This document shows, in pieces, positions 9,625 to 21,240 of a stretch of DNA of 64,000 bases; the first letter of the stretch is position 1; each line of letters opens with the position of its first letter. Under the pieces are notes generated by a model. It was not told the DNA's origin and did no database searches. It worked only from the letters and a program-made list of their open reading frames with translations. Origin of the DNA: an uncultured Chloroflexia bacterium. GTDB lineage: Bacteria; Chloroflexota; Dehalococcoidia; UBA2979. Location: the NCBI GenBank assembly GCA_963728205.1, contig CAVSIV010000002.1, forward strand, positions 320,001 through 384,000, written 5' to 3'. Position numbers and translations under genes: made by a program.

Positions 9625-12053
9625 TCAGCGCACGCTCGCGAGGTAGGCGACGGTCACGCCCTCGCCGCCCTCGGAGCGCTGACCGCTCTCGAACGACGTG
9701 ACGAGCGGGTGGCGCTCGAGGAGCTCGCGGACGGCGCGCCGCAGCGTGCCGGTGCCCTTGCCGTGGATCAGGCGGACCCGCGCGCGCCCCGAGCGCGCCG
9801 CCTGGTCGAGGAACGCCTCAATCTTGGGCATCGCCTCGTCCAGCCGCTGGCCCCGCACCTCGATCTCTTCGGGCACGCTGACCGTGAGCTCGGGGATCGC
9901 GGTACCGGAGCGCGCGCGCGGGAGCTCCTCCGGCGCGCCGGTGCGCTCGACCTGCTCGGTGCGCACGCGCGTGCGCAGCGCCCCGAGCTGCACGTCGAAC
10001 TCGCCGCGATCGTCGGGCTCCGCCAGCGCCTCGCCCGGCAGCGAGATCCCGCGCAGCCACACGACCACGCCCGGCGCGACCGGCACCTGCGGCGCCTCGC
10101 GGCCGCGCGCGCGACGGCGCCGCGCGAGCGCGACCTCGTCGCCGTCCTCCGCGGGCGCCTCCGGCGGCGACGCCGGCTCGAGCGCGCGCACCGCCTCGCG
10201 CGCCCGCTCGAGGTCCGACCGCGCCTGCGACAGCCGCGCCGCCTCCACCTCGCGCCGCGTGCGCTCGACCAGCCGCTCCGCTTCGCGCAGCTCGCGGCGG
10301 ATGCGCGACTGCGCCTCCTCGCGCATGCGCGCGGTGTCCCCCGCCAGCACCTCGAGCCGCCGCTCGAGCTCCTCGCGCAGCTGCTCGGCCTCCGCCGCAG
10401 CGGTGCCGGCGCGCTCGGCGCGCTGCTCGGCGGCCGTGAGCTGCGCGCGCAGGTCGCCGAGCAGCGATTCGAGGTCGCGCTGCTCCTCGGTCAGCCCGCG
10501 CCGCGCGCTCTCGATCACGTCGGCCGGCATGCCGAGGTTCGACGCGATCGCCAGCGCGTTCGACTGGCCGGGCAGGCCCATCGTCAGGCGGTACGTCGGC
10601 GACAGGCTCGCGACGTCGAACTCCACCGAGGCATTCTGCACGCCCGGCGTGCGGTGCGCGTACAGCTTCAGCTCGCTGTGGTGAGTCGTCGCGATCAGCG
10701 TCGCGCCGTCGGCAAGCAAGCGGTCGACGATCGCGATCGCGAGCGCGGCGCCCTCGGTGGGGTCGGTGCCGGCGCCGATCTCGTCGAGCAGCACGAGCGA
10801 GCGCGCGTCGGCGCGCTCGATGATGTCGATGATCGCGGTGATGTGGCCGGAGAACGTCGAGAGGCGACTGCTCGATCGACTGCTCGTCGCCGATGTCGGC
10901 GAAGACGGCGTCGTAGACCGGCACCTGCGTGCCGACCTCCGCGGGTACCGGCAGGCCGGCGAGCGCCATCAGGCAGAGCAGCCCCGCCGTCTTCAGCGCG
11001 ACGGTCTTGCCGCCGGTGTTCGGCCCGGTGATCGAGCAGCGCGTGCGTCTCGCCGCCGACCGACAGCGTCGTCGGCACGACATGGCCCTCGAGCAGCGGG
11101 TGCCGCGCGCGCTCCAGCCGCAGCTCGGCCGGCGCCTCGACGATCCAGCGCGCGGCCGCGCCGGCCGCCGCCAGCTCGGTGGCGTCGAGCTGCTCCGCCA
11201 GCCGCGCCTTCGCCAGCGCGACGTCGACGTGCGCCAGCCGCTGTACGGCGTCCACGACGTCGGTCGACGCCTGGCCGACGGCGTCGGAGAGGTCGCGGAG
11301 GATGCGATCGACCTCGTGCCGCTCCTGGATCTGCAGCTCGCGCCAGCGGTTGCCGAGCTCGACGACCTCCATCGGCTCGACGTAGAGCGTCGCGCCGGAC
11401 GCGGAGGTGTCGTGGACGACGCCGCGCACCGCGCCACGGAAGTCCGCGCGCACGGGCAGCACGTAGCGGCCGTTGCGCATCGTCACGATGGGGTCCTGCA
11501 GCGCCTCGCGCAGCGAGGACGCGTTGACGAGCGACTGCATGCGCTGCTGCAGCCGCTCGTGCGCGGTCACGAGCTCGCGGCGAATCGCGCGCAGCTCGGG
11601 GCTCGCGTCGTCGACGACCTCGCCGCGGTCGTCGATGGCGCCCTCGATCAGCTGCCGCAGCGGCCCGAGGTCCGCGATCCCTGCGCCGACCACGGCGAGC
11701 AGGGGCGCGTCTTCGGCGGCGCGGCCCAGCGCGCGCGCGACGCGTGCGGCGGCGCCGGCCGTCGCGGCGACGTTCAGGAGCTCTTCGGGGGCGAGCACGT
11801 GGCCGCGCGCAGCGCCGGCCGCGTGCTCGCGCACGTCGTGTGCGCCGGCGAGCGGTACGGTGACGCCGAGCGCCGCGAGACGCACGGCCTCGGCCGTCTC
11901 GCGCTGCCGGCGCACCACCGTGTCGCGGTCGGCGACGGGACGCACGGCGAGCGCCGACTCCCGGCCGGCGGAGAACGCGGTGTGCCGCGCCAGCCGCTCG
12001 ACGACCCGCGGGTACTCGAGGACGGCGAGCGCTCTATCGTCCGTCGCCGTCAC
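9625..12053 (-). CDS. mutS2: Endonuclease MutS2 with Smr domain; frameshifts near 11040 and 10865
   Basis: LEYPRV N-terminus, [56 protein letters not shown] and Smr IHGKGTG spread over three frames. Confidence 0.92.
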
Positions 12054-13436
12054 CGTTTCGCAGATCGACCTGAGCCGGCGGCAGGCCGAGGCAGTCGCGC
12101 AGCACCTGCTCGATGTGGAAGTCCTCGCGCGGGTCGACCGTGCGCGGGTCGAGCAGCACGCGGCCCTCGTGGATGCGCGCGACAATCGGCGGATCCGCAC
12201 GACGCAGCGCGGCGGCGAACGCGGTGGCATCGCCATCCGGCGGGTCGACGGCGCAGACGATGGTCGGCAGGTCCTCGCCCGGCAGCGAGCCGCCGCCGAC
12301 GGTCGAGCGCGACTCGATGGTGATGCCCTGCGGGCCGCAGGCGCGCGACCAGCGGCGCGCGCGCCGGCCGAGCGCGTCGGCGGGCTCGGCGATCATGCGC
12401 CACACCGGCACCTCGGCCTCCGCCTCGCCGCGCGCGTAGTGCTGCAGCGTCGCCGCCAGGCCGGCGATCGCCGACTTGTCGAGCCGCACCGCGCGCGCCA
12501 GCGGGTGGCGGCGCATCGTCGCGATCGGCTCGGCGCGTCCCACCGCGATCCCGGCCTGCGGCCCGCCGAGCAGCTTGTCGCCGGAGAACAGCACGACGTC
12601 GGCGCCGGCCTCCACTGCCTCCTGCACCATCGGCTCGGGCGCCAGCCCGTAGCGGCGCGTGTCGAGCAGCGCGCCGGAGCCGAGATCGTCGAGCATCAGC
12701 AGCCCGCGCTCGCGCGCCAGCTGCACCAGCTCCGCAGCGCCCGGTGACGCCGTGAAGCCGACCACGCGGAAGTTCGACGCGTGCACGCGCAGGATCGCCG
12801 CCGTGCGCTCGGTGATCGCCGCGGCGTAGTCGCGGACGTACGTGCGGTTCGTCGTGCCGACCTCGACGAGCTCGGCGCCGGACTGGCGCAGGACGTCCGG
12901 GATGCGGAAGCCGCCGCCGATCTCGACGAGCTGGCCGCGCGAGATGATCACCTCGCGGCCGGCGCACAGCGCGCCCAGCGCGAGCAGCAGGGCGGCGGCG
13001 TTGTTGTTCACCGCCAGCCCGGCGTCGGCGCCGGATACGCGACATGAGAGAGCTCGAGGTGCGCGTAGCGCGACCCGCGCTCGCCGGCGGCGACGTCGAA
13101 CTCCAGGTTCGAGTAGCCGGCTCCGACGCGCTCCATCGCCGCCAGCGTCTCGCGCGAGAGCGGGGCGCGACCCAGGTTCGTGTGGATGATCACGCCGGTC
13201 GCGTTGACGACGCGTCGCAGCGACGGCCGCAGCTCGTCGGCGCGCGACAGCAGCACCTCCACCGCCGCGGCCTCGGGCAGGGCTCCGGCGCGCTCGATGT
13301 GCTCGCGATAGCCGTCGAGCACCGCGCGGGCGAGCGCCACGACGGGGTCGCGGCCGTGCTGCGCCGCCAGCGCGCCGACGCGCGGATCGGCCAGCAGGCG
13401 ATCGACCGAGGGCAGGCGGCGGTAGAGGTCGTTCAT
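12034..13436 (-). CDS. selA: L-seryl-tRNA(Sec) selenium transferase; frameshift near 13040
   Basis: RRLPSVDRLL, VVNATGVIIHTNLGRAPL, NNNAAA, SRGQLVEIGGGFRIPD, VGTTNRT and FSGDKLLGGPQAG. Confidence 0.95.
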
Positions 13437-13563
13437 GGTGGCTCCGACGGGCTGCGCGCTCCCGATTGTAAGGTGCCGTTCCGGGTTCGCGCGGGGTACG
13501 GGACCGGTCGCGGGCGCCCGATAGTTACCCAGAGAACGAGTGCGCCCCCGGAGAGGCATCGAG

Positions 13564-14851
13564 ATGTTGGCCGCAGGCCGCCGCACTGCGAAGAATGCCG
13601 AGCCCCGGCAGACGTCCAACCTGCTTGTCGCGCGCCAGCCCATCTACAACGCCCGCCTCGAGGTCACGGCGTACGAGCTCCTGTTCCGCTCGCTCCCCAG
13701 CGCGCAGCTCAGCGGCGCCGCCGGCACGCAGGCGACGGCGCGCCTGATCCTCGACAGCGTGCTCGAGCAGAGCACCCAGACGCTCACCGAGGGCCACCCG
13801 GCGCACATCAACTTCACGCGCGATCTCATCGTGGGCGGCTACGGCAGCATCGTGCCGGCCGAGTCCGTCGTCATCGAGGTCCTCGAGGACGTGCCGCACG
13901 ACGAGGAGGTGCTGACGCAGCTCCGCGCGCTCCGCGCCGGCACGTACCAGATCGCGCTCGACGACATCGTCGACATCCCGCGCGTCGAAGGCTTCAAGGA
14001 CGTCGCGTCGATCGTGAAGGTCGACCTGCCGTACGTGGAGCCGCGCGAGCTGGTCACGATGGTGCGCGATCTGCGCCGGCTGCTGCCGCGGGCGAAGCTC
14101 GTGGCCGAGAAGGTCGAGACCTGGGAGGTCTTCCAGTTCGTGCAGCGGCTCGGCTTCGACGGGTTCCAGGGCTACTTCCTGAGCAAGCCGATTGTCGTCG
14201 AGCACCGCAGCGTGCCCGTGTTCAAGGCGCACTACCTGCAGCTGCTGAACGCGACCAGCAAGCCCGAGGTCGACTTCGACGAGGTGGAGCGCATCGTGCG
14301 TGCGGAATCTCGCGCTCACGAGCAAGCTGCTGCGGCACGCGAACTCCGCGTCGTCGATGCAGACGCGCGCGATCGGCTCGATCCGCGACGCGCTCGTGCT
14401 GCTCGGCGCGGAGGGCGTGCGCCGCACCGCGGCGCTCGCCGCGCTCGCCGGCCTCGGCAACGACCGTCCGCTGCAGCTCGCGATCGACTCGGTCGTGCGC
14501 GCGCGCTTCTGCGAGTCGCTGGCGACGCTCGGCGACCTCGGCGTGCCGCGGTTCGACCTCTTCCTGCTCGGCATGTTCTCCACGGTCGACGCGATCCTCA
14601 GCATGCCGATGGATCGCGCGGTCGCGGACCTCCCGATCTCCACCGACGTGCGTGAGGCGCTGCTGCACGGAGAGGGCCGGCTGGGGGCAGTGCTCCGGCT
14701 GCTCCAGTTGCAGGAGCGTGCGCAGTGGGACGAGTTCCAGGGCGTCGCCGGCGCGCTCGGCCTCGACGTCGCCGCGATCCCGCCGCTGTACGTGGCTGCC
14801 GTCGAGTGGGCGAACGCCGCCTTCGCCGAGGACAAGGCCGCCGCGGCATAG
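13564..14851 (+). CDS. EAL-HDOD domain protein (YuxH/PdeH-like); frameshift near 14300
   Basis: VARQPIY, AYELLFR, IALDD, VAEKVET and FQGYFLSKP, then HDOD sequence [12 protein letters not shown] and FLLGMFS in the next frame. Confidence 0.85.
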
Positions 14852-14961
14852 AGCCGTGCCCATTCGGCTCGCTGCTCGCCGCGACGCGGCGCGCACGCGC
14901 CGCTGTGACCGGTCGCTTGCGGCCGCCGCGCGCCCGCTCGCGCGCGTGCGCGGCGTTTGCG

Positions 14962-14989
14962 TTGACCGTACGCAGCCCCCTCGTAGGAT
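14962..14989 (+). promoter_or_regulatory. sigma70-type promoter for the aminotransferase-serA operon
   Basis: TTGACC-N16-TAGGAT. Confidence 0.5.
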
Positions 14990-15046
14990 CGAACCTCCCG
15001 GGCCACCCCTCCCGACCCCGGCAAGCGATCCCCTCGGAGGCACCTC

Positions 15047-16147
15047 GTGAACCTGCGCATCCCCGGCCCCACCCCCGTTCCGTCGGAGGTGGCCCAGGCC
15101 GGCGCTGCCGACATGATCAATCACCGCGGACCCGAGTTCGCCGCGCTCCTCAAGCGCACGACGGAGCGGGTGCAGCAGGTCTACCAGACCGCGAACCCCG
15201 TGCTCTCGCTCTCGACGTCGGGCACCGGTGGCATGGAAGCCGCCGTCGTGAACCACATCCGGCCCGGCGAGAAGGTCCTCGCGATCACGATCGGCGTGTT
15301 CGGCAAGCGCTTCGTCGAGATCCTCGAGGCCTACGGCGCGCAGCCCATCGAGCTGGCATTCGACTTCGGCACCGCGGCCGACCCCGCCCGCGTCGACGAG
15401 GCCCTCGCGAAGAACCCCGACATCAAGACCGTGCTGATCACGCACAACGAGACGTCGACGGGCACCACCAACGTCACACTGCCGGACGTCGCGAAGGTCA
15501 CGCGTCAGCACGATTGCCTGCTCATCGTGGACGCGATTTCCTCGCTCTCCTCGATCCCGGTGCAGACCGACGGGTGGGGCCTCGACGTCGTGGTCTCCGG
15601 CTCGCAGAAGGGCTGGATGGTCGCCCCCGGCCTCGCGTTCGTCTCCGTGAGCGAGCGCGCGTGGGAGCGCCAGGCGCAGAACAAAATGCCGCGCTACTAC
15701 TTCGACCTGCAGAAAGCGCGCGCATCGCTCGAGCGCGGCGAGACGCCGTGGACGCCCGCCGTGTCGCTCTTCTTCCAGCTCGACAAGGCGCTCGACCTGA
15801 TGTTCGCCGAGGGCCTCGACGCCATCTACGAGCGGCACCGCCGCCTCGCCCGCATGACCCGCGAGGGCATCCGCGCGATGGGCCTCGAGCTGCTTGCCTC
15901 CGAGGGCGTCGAGTCCGACACGGTGACCGCCGTGAAGATCCCCGACGGCGTCGACGGCTCGAAGTTCACGAAGATTGCGCGCGAGGAGTTCCAGACGGTG
16001 TTCGCCGGCGGGCAGGGCTCGCTGCGCGGCCAGATCTTCCGGTTCGGCCATCTCGGATACGTGAACGAAGACGACGTGAAGGCCGGCCTCAAGGCCGTCG
16101 AGGGCACGCTCGAGAAGCTCGGCCACCCGGTCGCCAACCGCGCCTAG
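15047..16147 (+). CDS. Class V PLP aminotransferase (AGT/serine-pyruvate family; probable phosphoserine aminotransferase role)
   Basis: [21 protein letters not shown] and SGSQKG (PLP lysine); directly upstream of serA. Confidence 0.9.
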   Translation: MNLRIPGPTPVPSEVAQAGAADMINHRGPEFAALLKRTTERVQQVYQTANPVLSLSTSGTGGMEAAVVNHIRPGEKVLAITIGVFGKRFVEILEAYGAQPIELAFDFGTAADPARVDEALAKNPDIKTVLITHNETSTGTTNVTLPDVAKVTRQHDCLLIVDAISSLSSIPVQTDGWGLDVVVSGSQKGWMVAPGLAFVSVSERAWERQAQNKMPRYYFDLQKARASLERGETPWTPAVSLFFQLDKALDLMFAEGLDAIYERHRRLARMTREGIRAMGLELLASEGVESDTVTAVKIPDGVDGSKFTKIAREEFQTVFAGGQGSLRGQIFRFGHLGYVNEDDVKAGLKAVEGTLEKLGHPVANRA

Positions 16148-16163
16148 CCCGGAGGAGCCCCTC

Positions 16164-17759
16164 GTGGCCCGCATCCTGATCGCGGATTCGCTTGCCCGCG
16201 AGGGCGTGGACTTCCTCAGCCAGCGCCACTCGGTCGATGTGCGGACCGGGCTCTCCGAGGATGAACTGATCGAGGCGCTCGCCGGCGTCGATGCGCTGAT
16301 CGTGCGCAGCCAGACGCAGGTCACGCGCCGCGTGCTCGAGGCCGCGCGCAGCGTGCGCGTGATCGGCCGCGCGGGCGTCGGGGTCGACAACATCGATGTC
16401 GGCGCGGCGACCGAGCTCGGCGTCATCGTCGTCAACGCGCCGCTCGCGAACACGCTGTCGACCGCCGAGCACACCTTCGCGCTGATGCTCGCGCTCGCAC
16501 GCAACCTGCCGCAGGCCTACGTCTCGCTGAAGGGCGGGAAGTGGGAGCGCAGCAAGTTCAACGGCGTCGAGCTCTCCGGCAAGACGCTCGGCGTGATCGG
16601 CCTCGGCCGCATCGGCACCGAGGTCGCACACCGCGCGCGCGCCTTCGCGATGCGAGTCATCGCCTACGACCCCTTCGTCTCGAAGGACCGCGGCGCGCAG
16701 CTCGGCGTCGAGCTCATGGAGCTCGAGGAGGTGCTCGCGGAGGCGGACTTCGTCACGCTGCACACGGCGCTCCACGAGGGCAGCCGCGGCATGATCAACG
16801 CCGAGCGCCTCGCGAAGATGAAGCGGGGGGCGCGCATCATCAACGCCGCGCGCGGCGCGCTGATCGACGAGCAGGCGCTCTACGACGCGGTCGAGTCCGG
16901 ACAAATCGCGGGCGCGGCCATCGACGTCTTCTCCAGCGAACCGGCCGTCGGCAACATCCTCACGACCCACGACCGCATCGTCGTCACGCCGCACCTCGCC
17001 GCCTCCACGAACGAGGCGCAGGACCGCGCGGCGATGGACGTCGCGGTGCAGATCATCGACGTCCTCGACGGGGGCTCCGCGCGTTACGCGGTGAACGCGC
17101 CGATGGTCGACCCCGACACGATGGCGGTGATCGGCCCGTACATCGACGCCGCCGAGGTTGCCGGCAACGCCGCGATGCAGCTCGCCGGCGGTGGCGTGCA
17201 GAGCGTGCGCGTCGAGTACCTGGGCGAGATCGCGAACTACGACACGTCGCCGCTCCGCGTGGGCGTCGTCATGGGCATGCTCCAGCGCGTGACCTCCGAG
17301 AAGGTGACGGTCGTGAACGCCGCGCAGCTGGCGGCGAAGCATGGCCTGCGCATCGACGAGGAGAGCGGGCCGGCGCGCAACTCCTACGGCAACCTCGTGG
17401 TCGTCCACGCGCTGCGCGACGGCGGCGAGGAGTCGGTGGCGGTGACGCATACCGGCAGCGGCCTGCGCATCGTCGCGATCGGCCCGTACGAGGTCGAGGT
17501 GGCGCGCGCCACGCCGTACCTGCTCGCGATCGAGAACATCGACCGGCCGGGCATGGTCGGTACGGTCGGCATGACGCTCGGCGAGCTCGGCGTGAACATC
17601 TCGCACATGTCCGTGGCGGCCGGCCCGGGCGGACTCGCGCTGATGGTGCTGTGCGTCCAGCGCCCGCTCACCGACGACGAGCTGGCGCAGGTGCGCGGCC
17701 TCGCGAACATCCACAGCGCGCGCCTGGTCGACCTCAGCCGCACCCAGGTCGCGGGCTAA
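16164..17759 (+). CDS. serA: D-3-phosphoglycerate dehydrogenase
   Basis: [31 protein letters not shown] and a C-terminal ACT domain (DRPGMVG). Confidence 0.95.
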   Translation: MARILIADSLAREGVDFLSQRHSVDVRTGLSEDELIEALAGVDALIVRSQTQVTRRVLEAARSVRVIGRAGVGVDNIDVGAATELGVIVVNAPLANTLSTAEHTFALMLALARNLPQAYVSLKGGKWERSKFNGVELSGKTLGVIGLGRIGTEVAHRARAFAMRVIAYDPFVSKDRGAQLGVELMELEEVLAEADFVTLHTALHEGSRGMINAERLAKMKRGARIINAARGALIDEQALYDAVESGQIAGAAIDVFSSEPAVGNILTTHDRIVVTPHLAASTNEAQDRAAMDVAVQIIDVLDGGSARYAVNAPMVDPDTMAVIGPYIDAAEVAGNAAMQLAGGGVQSVRVEYLGEIANYDTSPLRVGVVMGMLQRVTSEKVTVVNAAQLAAKHGLRIDEESGPARNSYGNLVVVHALRDGGEESVAVTHTGSGLRIVAIGPYEVEVARATPYLLAIENIDRPGMVGTVGMTLGELGVNISHMSVAAGPGGLALMVLCVQRPLTDDELAQVRGLANIHSARLVDLSRTQVAG

Positions 17760-17786
17760 CCCAGCACCACACGCCGGCCGAGACGC

Positions 17787-17872
17787 CTGCTTCGAGCGGC
17801 GCCTGGTGAAGGCGCTGAGCCGTCTGGCTGCGTGGTGCCCTCAGCACGCTCGCCGCGTGCCGCTCGAAGCAG
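17787..17872. repeat. Long imperfect inverted repeat between convergent genes
   Basis: CTGCTTCGAGCGGC...GCCGCTCGAAGCAG (14-bp perfect arms) with inner GCTGAG/CTCAGC pairing. Confidence 0.7.
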
Positions 17873-17887
17873 TCCGCGGTGCCGGGT

Positions 17888-19183
17888 TCAGTCGTCCAGC
17901 AGGTTGAACACCATGCCGGTCGCGAGCTTCGGGTAGAAGTACGTCGTCTTTTGCGGCATCAGCTCGCCGGCGCCCGCGACGTCGCTGATCTGCTCGACGC
18001 GCGTCGGGTTCAGCAGGAACGCCAGCCGGTAGCCGTCGCGCTCGGCCGTGCTCCACGTCTCGCTCACGTTGGCGGTGAAGCCCACGCGGTCGCCGCCGGA
18101 GAGCGCGGCCGTGTCGATGCCGAGCAGGGGGCGCAGGATCGTTTCCGTGAGGATGCGCGCGTCCAGGGCGCGCGATGCCGGGGAGAGGTCGCGCGGCATC
18201 GCGGCGTCGATCGCATCGCGCGAGCGGCCGGTGAGCAGGTACGCGCGGTGCGCCTGCAGGTCGAGCAGCCCGAAGGTCGCGGGGCCGAGCGCGCCTGCCT
18301 GTACGCGCTCCCAGAGCGCGCGCACCGCATCCTCGCCCCAGCCGTCGACGGGCTCGACCGCGTAGCGCTCGCCGAGCCGCCCGAGGAAGTCCGCCGGCAG
18401 CTCGCCGGCGCGCACGAGGCGGTGGTTGGGCAGCACGACCAGCCCCGGGTCGTCCTGCGGCACGAGTCCGGTGAGGACATAACGCTCAGCGGCGTCCGCC
18501 CGCGGGTCGCCGGCGGCGAGGCAATCGTCGAGGTAGGTGAGCGCGGTCGCGTACCGGTGGTGGCCGTCGGCGATGGTGACGTTCGACGCGCCGACGGCGG
18601 CCGTGAGCGCGGCCTGCTGCGCCGCGTCGGCGATCACCCAGAGCCGGTGCTGGTCGCCGAGGCTGTCGGTTGCGTCGAAGGCCGGCGCGCCGGCGGCGAC
18701 GGCGTCGAGCACGGCGCGCGCGCGGCCGTCGTCGTCGAACATCGCGAAGATCGGGCTGACGTTGGTGCGCGTCGCCTCGAGCAGGCGCAGGCGCTGGGCG
18801 CGCGGGCCGGCCATCGTCGCCTCGTGCGGCCGCACGACGCCTTCCTCCGGGCGGTGCAGCCGCAGCCGCGCGAAGAAGCAGCGGCGCGTGTGCTGCACGC
18901 CCTGGATCGCGGCGCGCTGCTCGTAGAGGTAGTAGGCGGGGGCATCGTCGCGGCGCAGCACGCCGCTGTCGATCCACGAGCTCAATGCCTGCGCTGCGGC
19001 GGCGTAGCGCGTCGCCTCGTCGCCCGGACAGCACTCGACGTGCGCGGCGTTGTACGGCGAGCGCGCGAGCAGTGCCGCCTCGTCGTCGGCGCCCACCACG
19101 TCGTACGGCGGGGCGATCACGTCGTCGGGGCGCACTCGGGCGGGGTCGTAGCGCAGGCCGCGGAACGGGCGGATCTCGGTGAT
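17888..19183 (-). CDS. DUF1015 family protein
   Basis: (I)TEIRPFRGLRY, APPYDVV, PHEATM, IADGHHRY and MPQKTTYFYPK; apparent ATC start with GAGGAG RBS. Confidence 0.9.
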   Translation of the reverse strand: MTEIRPFRGLRYDPARVRPDDVIAPPYDVVGADDEAALLARSPYNAAHVECCPGDEATRYAAAAQALSSWIDSGVLRRDDAPAYYLYEQRAAIQGVQHTRRCFFARLRLHRPEEGVVRPHEATMAGPRAQRLRLLEATRTNVSPIFAMFDDDGRARAVLDAVAAGAPAFDATDSLGDQHRLWVIADAAQQAALTAAVGASNVTIADGHHRYATALTYLDDCLAAGDPRADAAERYVLTGLVPQDDPGLVVLPNHRLVRAGELPADFLGRLGERYAVEPVDGWGEDAVRALWERVQAGALGPATFGLLDLQAHRAYLLTGRSRDAIDAAMPRDLSPASRALDARILTETILRPLLGIDTAALSGGDRVGFTANVSETWSTAERDGYRLAFLLNPTRVEQISDVAGAGELMPQKTTYFYPKLATGMVFNLLDD

Positions 19184-19296
19184 GACGCGCTCCTCGTCTC
19201 GCCGTGGGTTTTGACGCTGGGAAGGGGGGATTCCTAGACTCGAACGTCCTTCCGGGGTGCGGAAGGTCCGCTTCTCGGAAGGTAGCCAATCACCCC

Positions 19297-19620
19297 GTGA
19301 ACCGCTACTGCACGTTCTGCCAGATCGCAGCGGGTCGCGAGCCGGCCGACGTCCTCTACGAGGACGACGAGGTGATGGTCTTCCGCAACCGGCTGCGCTG
19401 GGTGCCGGTGATGCTGCTGGCGATCCCGAAACGCCACCTCACCCAGGCCGAGCTCTGGGCGGACATGGGAGCCGTCGGTGCGGCGGCGGTGCGCGTGGCG
19501 AAGGAGCAGTGCCCGGGAGGCTTTCGGCTGATCTCGAACTCCGGCTACGACGGTATGCAGTCGCAGGATCACGCCCACGTGCACATCCTCGGCGGCATCT
19601 TCCTCGGCGAGTACGCGTAG
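19297..19620 (+). CDS. HIT family protein
   Basis: CTFCQI N-terminus, AIPKRH and HAHVHILGG histidine triad. Confidence 0.9.
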   Translation: MNRYCTFCQIAAGREPADVLYEDDEVMVFRNRLRWVPVMLLAIPKRHLTQAELWADMGAVGAAAVRVAKEQCPGGFRLISNSGYDGMQSQDHAHVHILGGIFLGEYA

Positions 19621-19755
19621 TTCCCCGGCCTCCGGGCGAGGGGCAGCCGCCGGTCCTGCCTTGCGCCGCACCCGCCGTTGGCTGCCCCCACGCGATCCGG
19701 TGCTTCCTGCATCTCCGCTCGGCCGCGAGCGGCTGGATGCGCCAGCCTGGTTCGC

Positions 19756-19786
19756 TTGACGGGTCGTTTCCGAACGTCGTTAGAAT
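19756..19786 (+). promoter_or_regulatory. Promoter with overlapping imperfect palindrome (probable TetR operator); leaderless mRNA
   Basis: TTGACG..TAGAAT; CGAAC-GTC-GTTAG dyad; ATG 6 nt after the -10. Confidence 0.5.
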
Positions 19787-19792
19787 ACTCGC

Positions 19793-20404
19793 ATGCCTCA
19801 CAAGCTCGCCCGCACCGGCCGCCCGCGCCAGTCCACGCACGACGCCATCGTCGCGGCGGCGTGGGCCCTCGCGCGGCGCGACGGCATCGCCGCGCTCTCC
19901 CTGCGCGACCTGGCGGCGGCCGTCGGCATCCGCGCCCCGTCGCTCTACTCGTACTTCGCTTCGAAGCACGACCTCTACGACGCGCTCTTCGCCGACGGCT
20001 ACCGCGCATTCAACGCACGTATGGCCGCCGTCGAGGCGGCGCGCCTGCCGAGGACCGGCGCGCACACCGCGATCGCCGACGCCGCGCGCGCGTTCATGGC
20101 GTTCTGCCGCGAGGACGTCCCGCGCTACCAGCTGCTCTTCACCCCGGCCGTGCCGGGCTTCGCTCCGTCCGACGCGTCGATGGCGCTCGCCGCCGACGCG
20201 CTCGCGTTCGTGCGCCGGAACCTCGCGGCCTTCGGCATCGACGACCCGGCGGCGGACGACCTGCTGATCGCGCTGCTCACTGGCCTCGTCAACCAGCAGA
20301 TTGCGAACGACCCGGTGGGCGACCGCTGGGAGCGCCTGATCGATCGAGCGGCAGCCATGTTCCTGGCCGACGTCGCCGGGAGCGGAGTAGGAGGGGTCCT
20401 ATGA
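19793..20404 (+). CDS. TetR/AcrR family transcriptional regulator
   Basis: HTH sequence LSLRDLAAAVGIRAPSLYSYFASK. Confidence 0.92.
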   Translation: MPHKLARTGRPRQSTHDAIVAAAWALARRDGIAALSLRDLAAAVGIRAPSLYSYFASKHDLYDALFADGYRAFNARMAAVEAARLPRTGAHTAIADAARAFMAFCREDVPRYQLLFTPAVPGFAPSDASMALAADALAFVRRNLAAFGIDDPAADDLLIALLTGLVNQQIANDPVGDRWERLIDRAAAMFLADVAGSGVGGVL

Positions 20405-21181
20405 ACACGAATGTCGAGCGGTCGGCGGGCCAGCACGCGCGCGACGTGCGGACGATCCGTCCGATCCGCGGCCGCGAGGCGAGCGAGCTCGCCGACCGCG
20501 AGTACGGGCGCTTCCTCGATCTCGTGCGCCGGGTCGAGGGCGACGAGTGGGCGCGGCCGACCGACTGCGCGCTGTGGAACGTCCACGAGATCGTCGCGCA
20601 CCAGGTGGGCCACGGCGAGGCGTGGTCGTCCCTGCGCGCGATGTTCCACCAGTACCGCATCGGACTGCCGCTGGCGCGTCGGCGCGGCATGCAGCCGGTC
20701 GACGCCGTGAACGAGGTCCAGGTGCGCGAGCGCGAAGGCATGCCGCCCGACGAACTCGTCCGGCGCCTCGACGCGGTGCGCGCCGGTGCGGTTCGCGGCC
20801 GTGCCCGGCGTCGCTGGATGCGCCCGCTGCGCTTCCCTACGCCGGGCATCGGCTGGACATCGCTCGGCAAGCTCTACGACGTCATCCTGACACGCGACAC
20901 GTGGGCGCACCGCGTCGACGTGGCCCGCGCGACGGGCAGGGAGCTTGTGCTCACGGCCGACCATGACGGCCGCATCATCGAGGACCTCGTGGCCGACTGG
21001 GCGCGCCTGCACGGGCGACCGTTCGCGCTGCGGCTGCTCGGTCCCGCGGGCGGCGTCTTCGGCGCCGGCGCGATCGAGGCAGCCGGCCGGGGAGATCGTG
21101 CTCGACGCGGTGGAGTTCGCCCGGGTCGTCTCAGGGCGCGTGCCCGGGGAGGGGTTGCTCGCGCGGCGGGTGCTCTTCTAG
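20401..21181 (+). CDS. Maleylpyruvate isomerase family (MDMPI/DinB-like) protein; frameshift near 21085
   Basis: ATG overlaps the TetR stop; WARPTDCALWNVHEIVAH and DTWAHRVDV; C-terminus LDAVEFARVVSGR lies in another frame. Confidence 0.8.
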
Positions 21182-21240
21182 CGACCGGGGCCGGCGGCGG
21201 GCTCACGGTTCGGTTCGACGCGGGGCGCGCCGCAGGCTGC

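Noticed and set aside
13497-13524. sigma28-type promoter (CCGATAG) before the EAL-HDOD gene
   Set aside because: The -35 is TACG rather than TAAA; too weak to call
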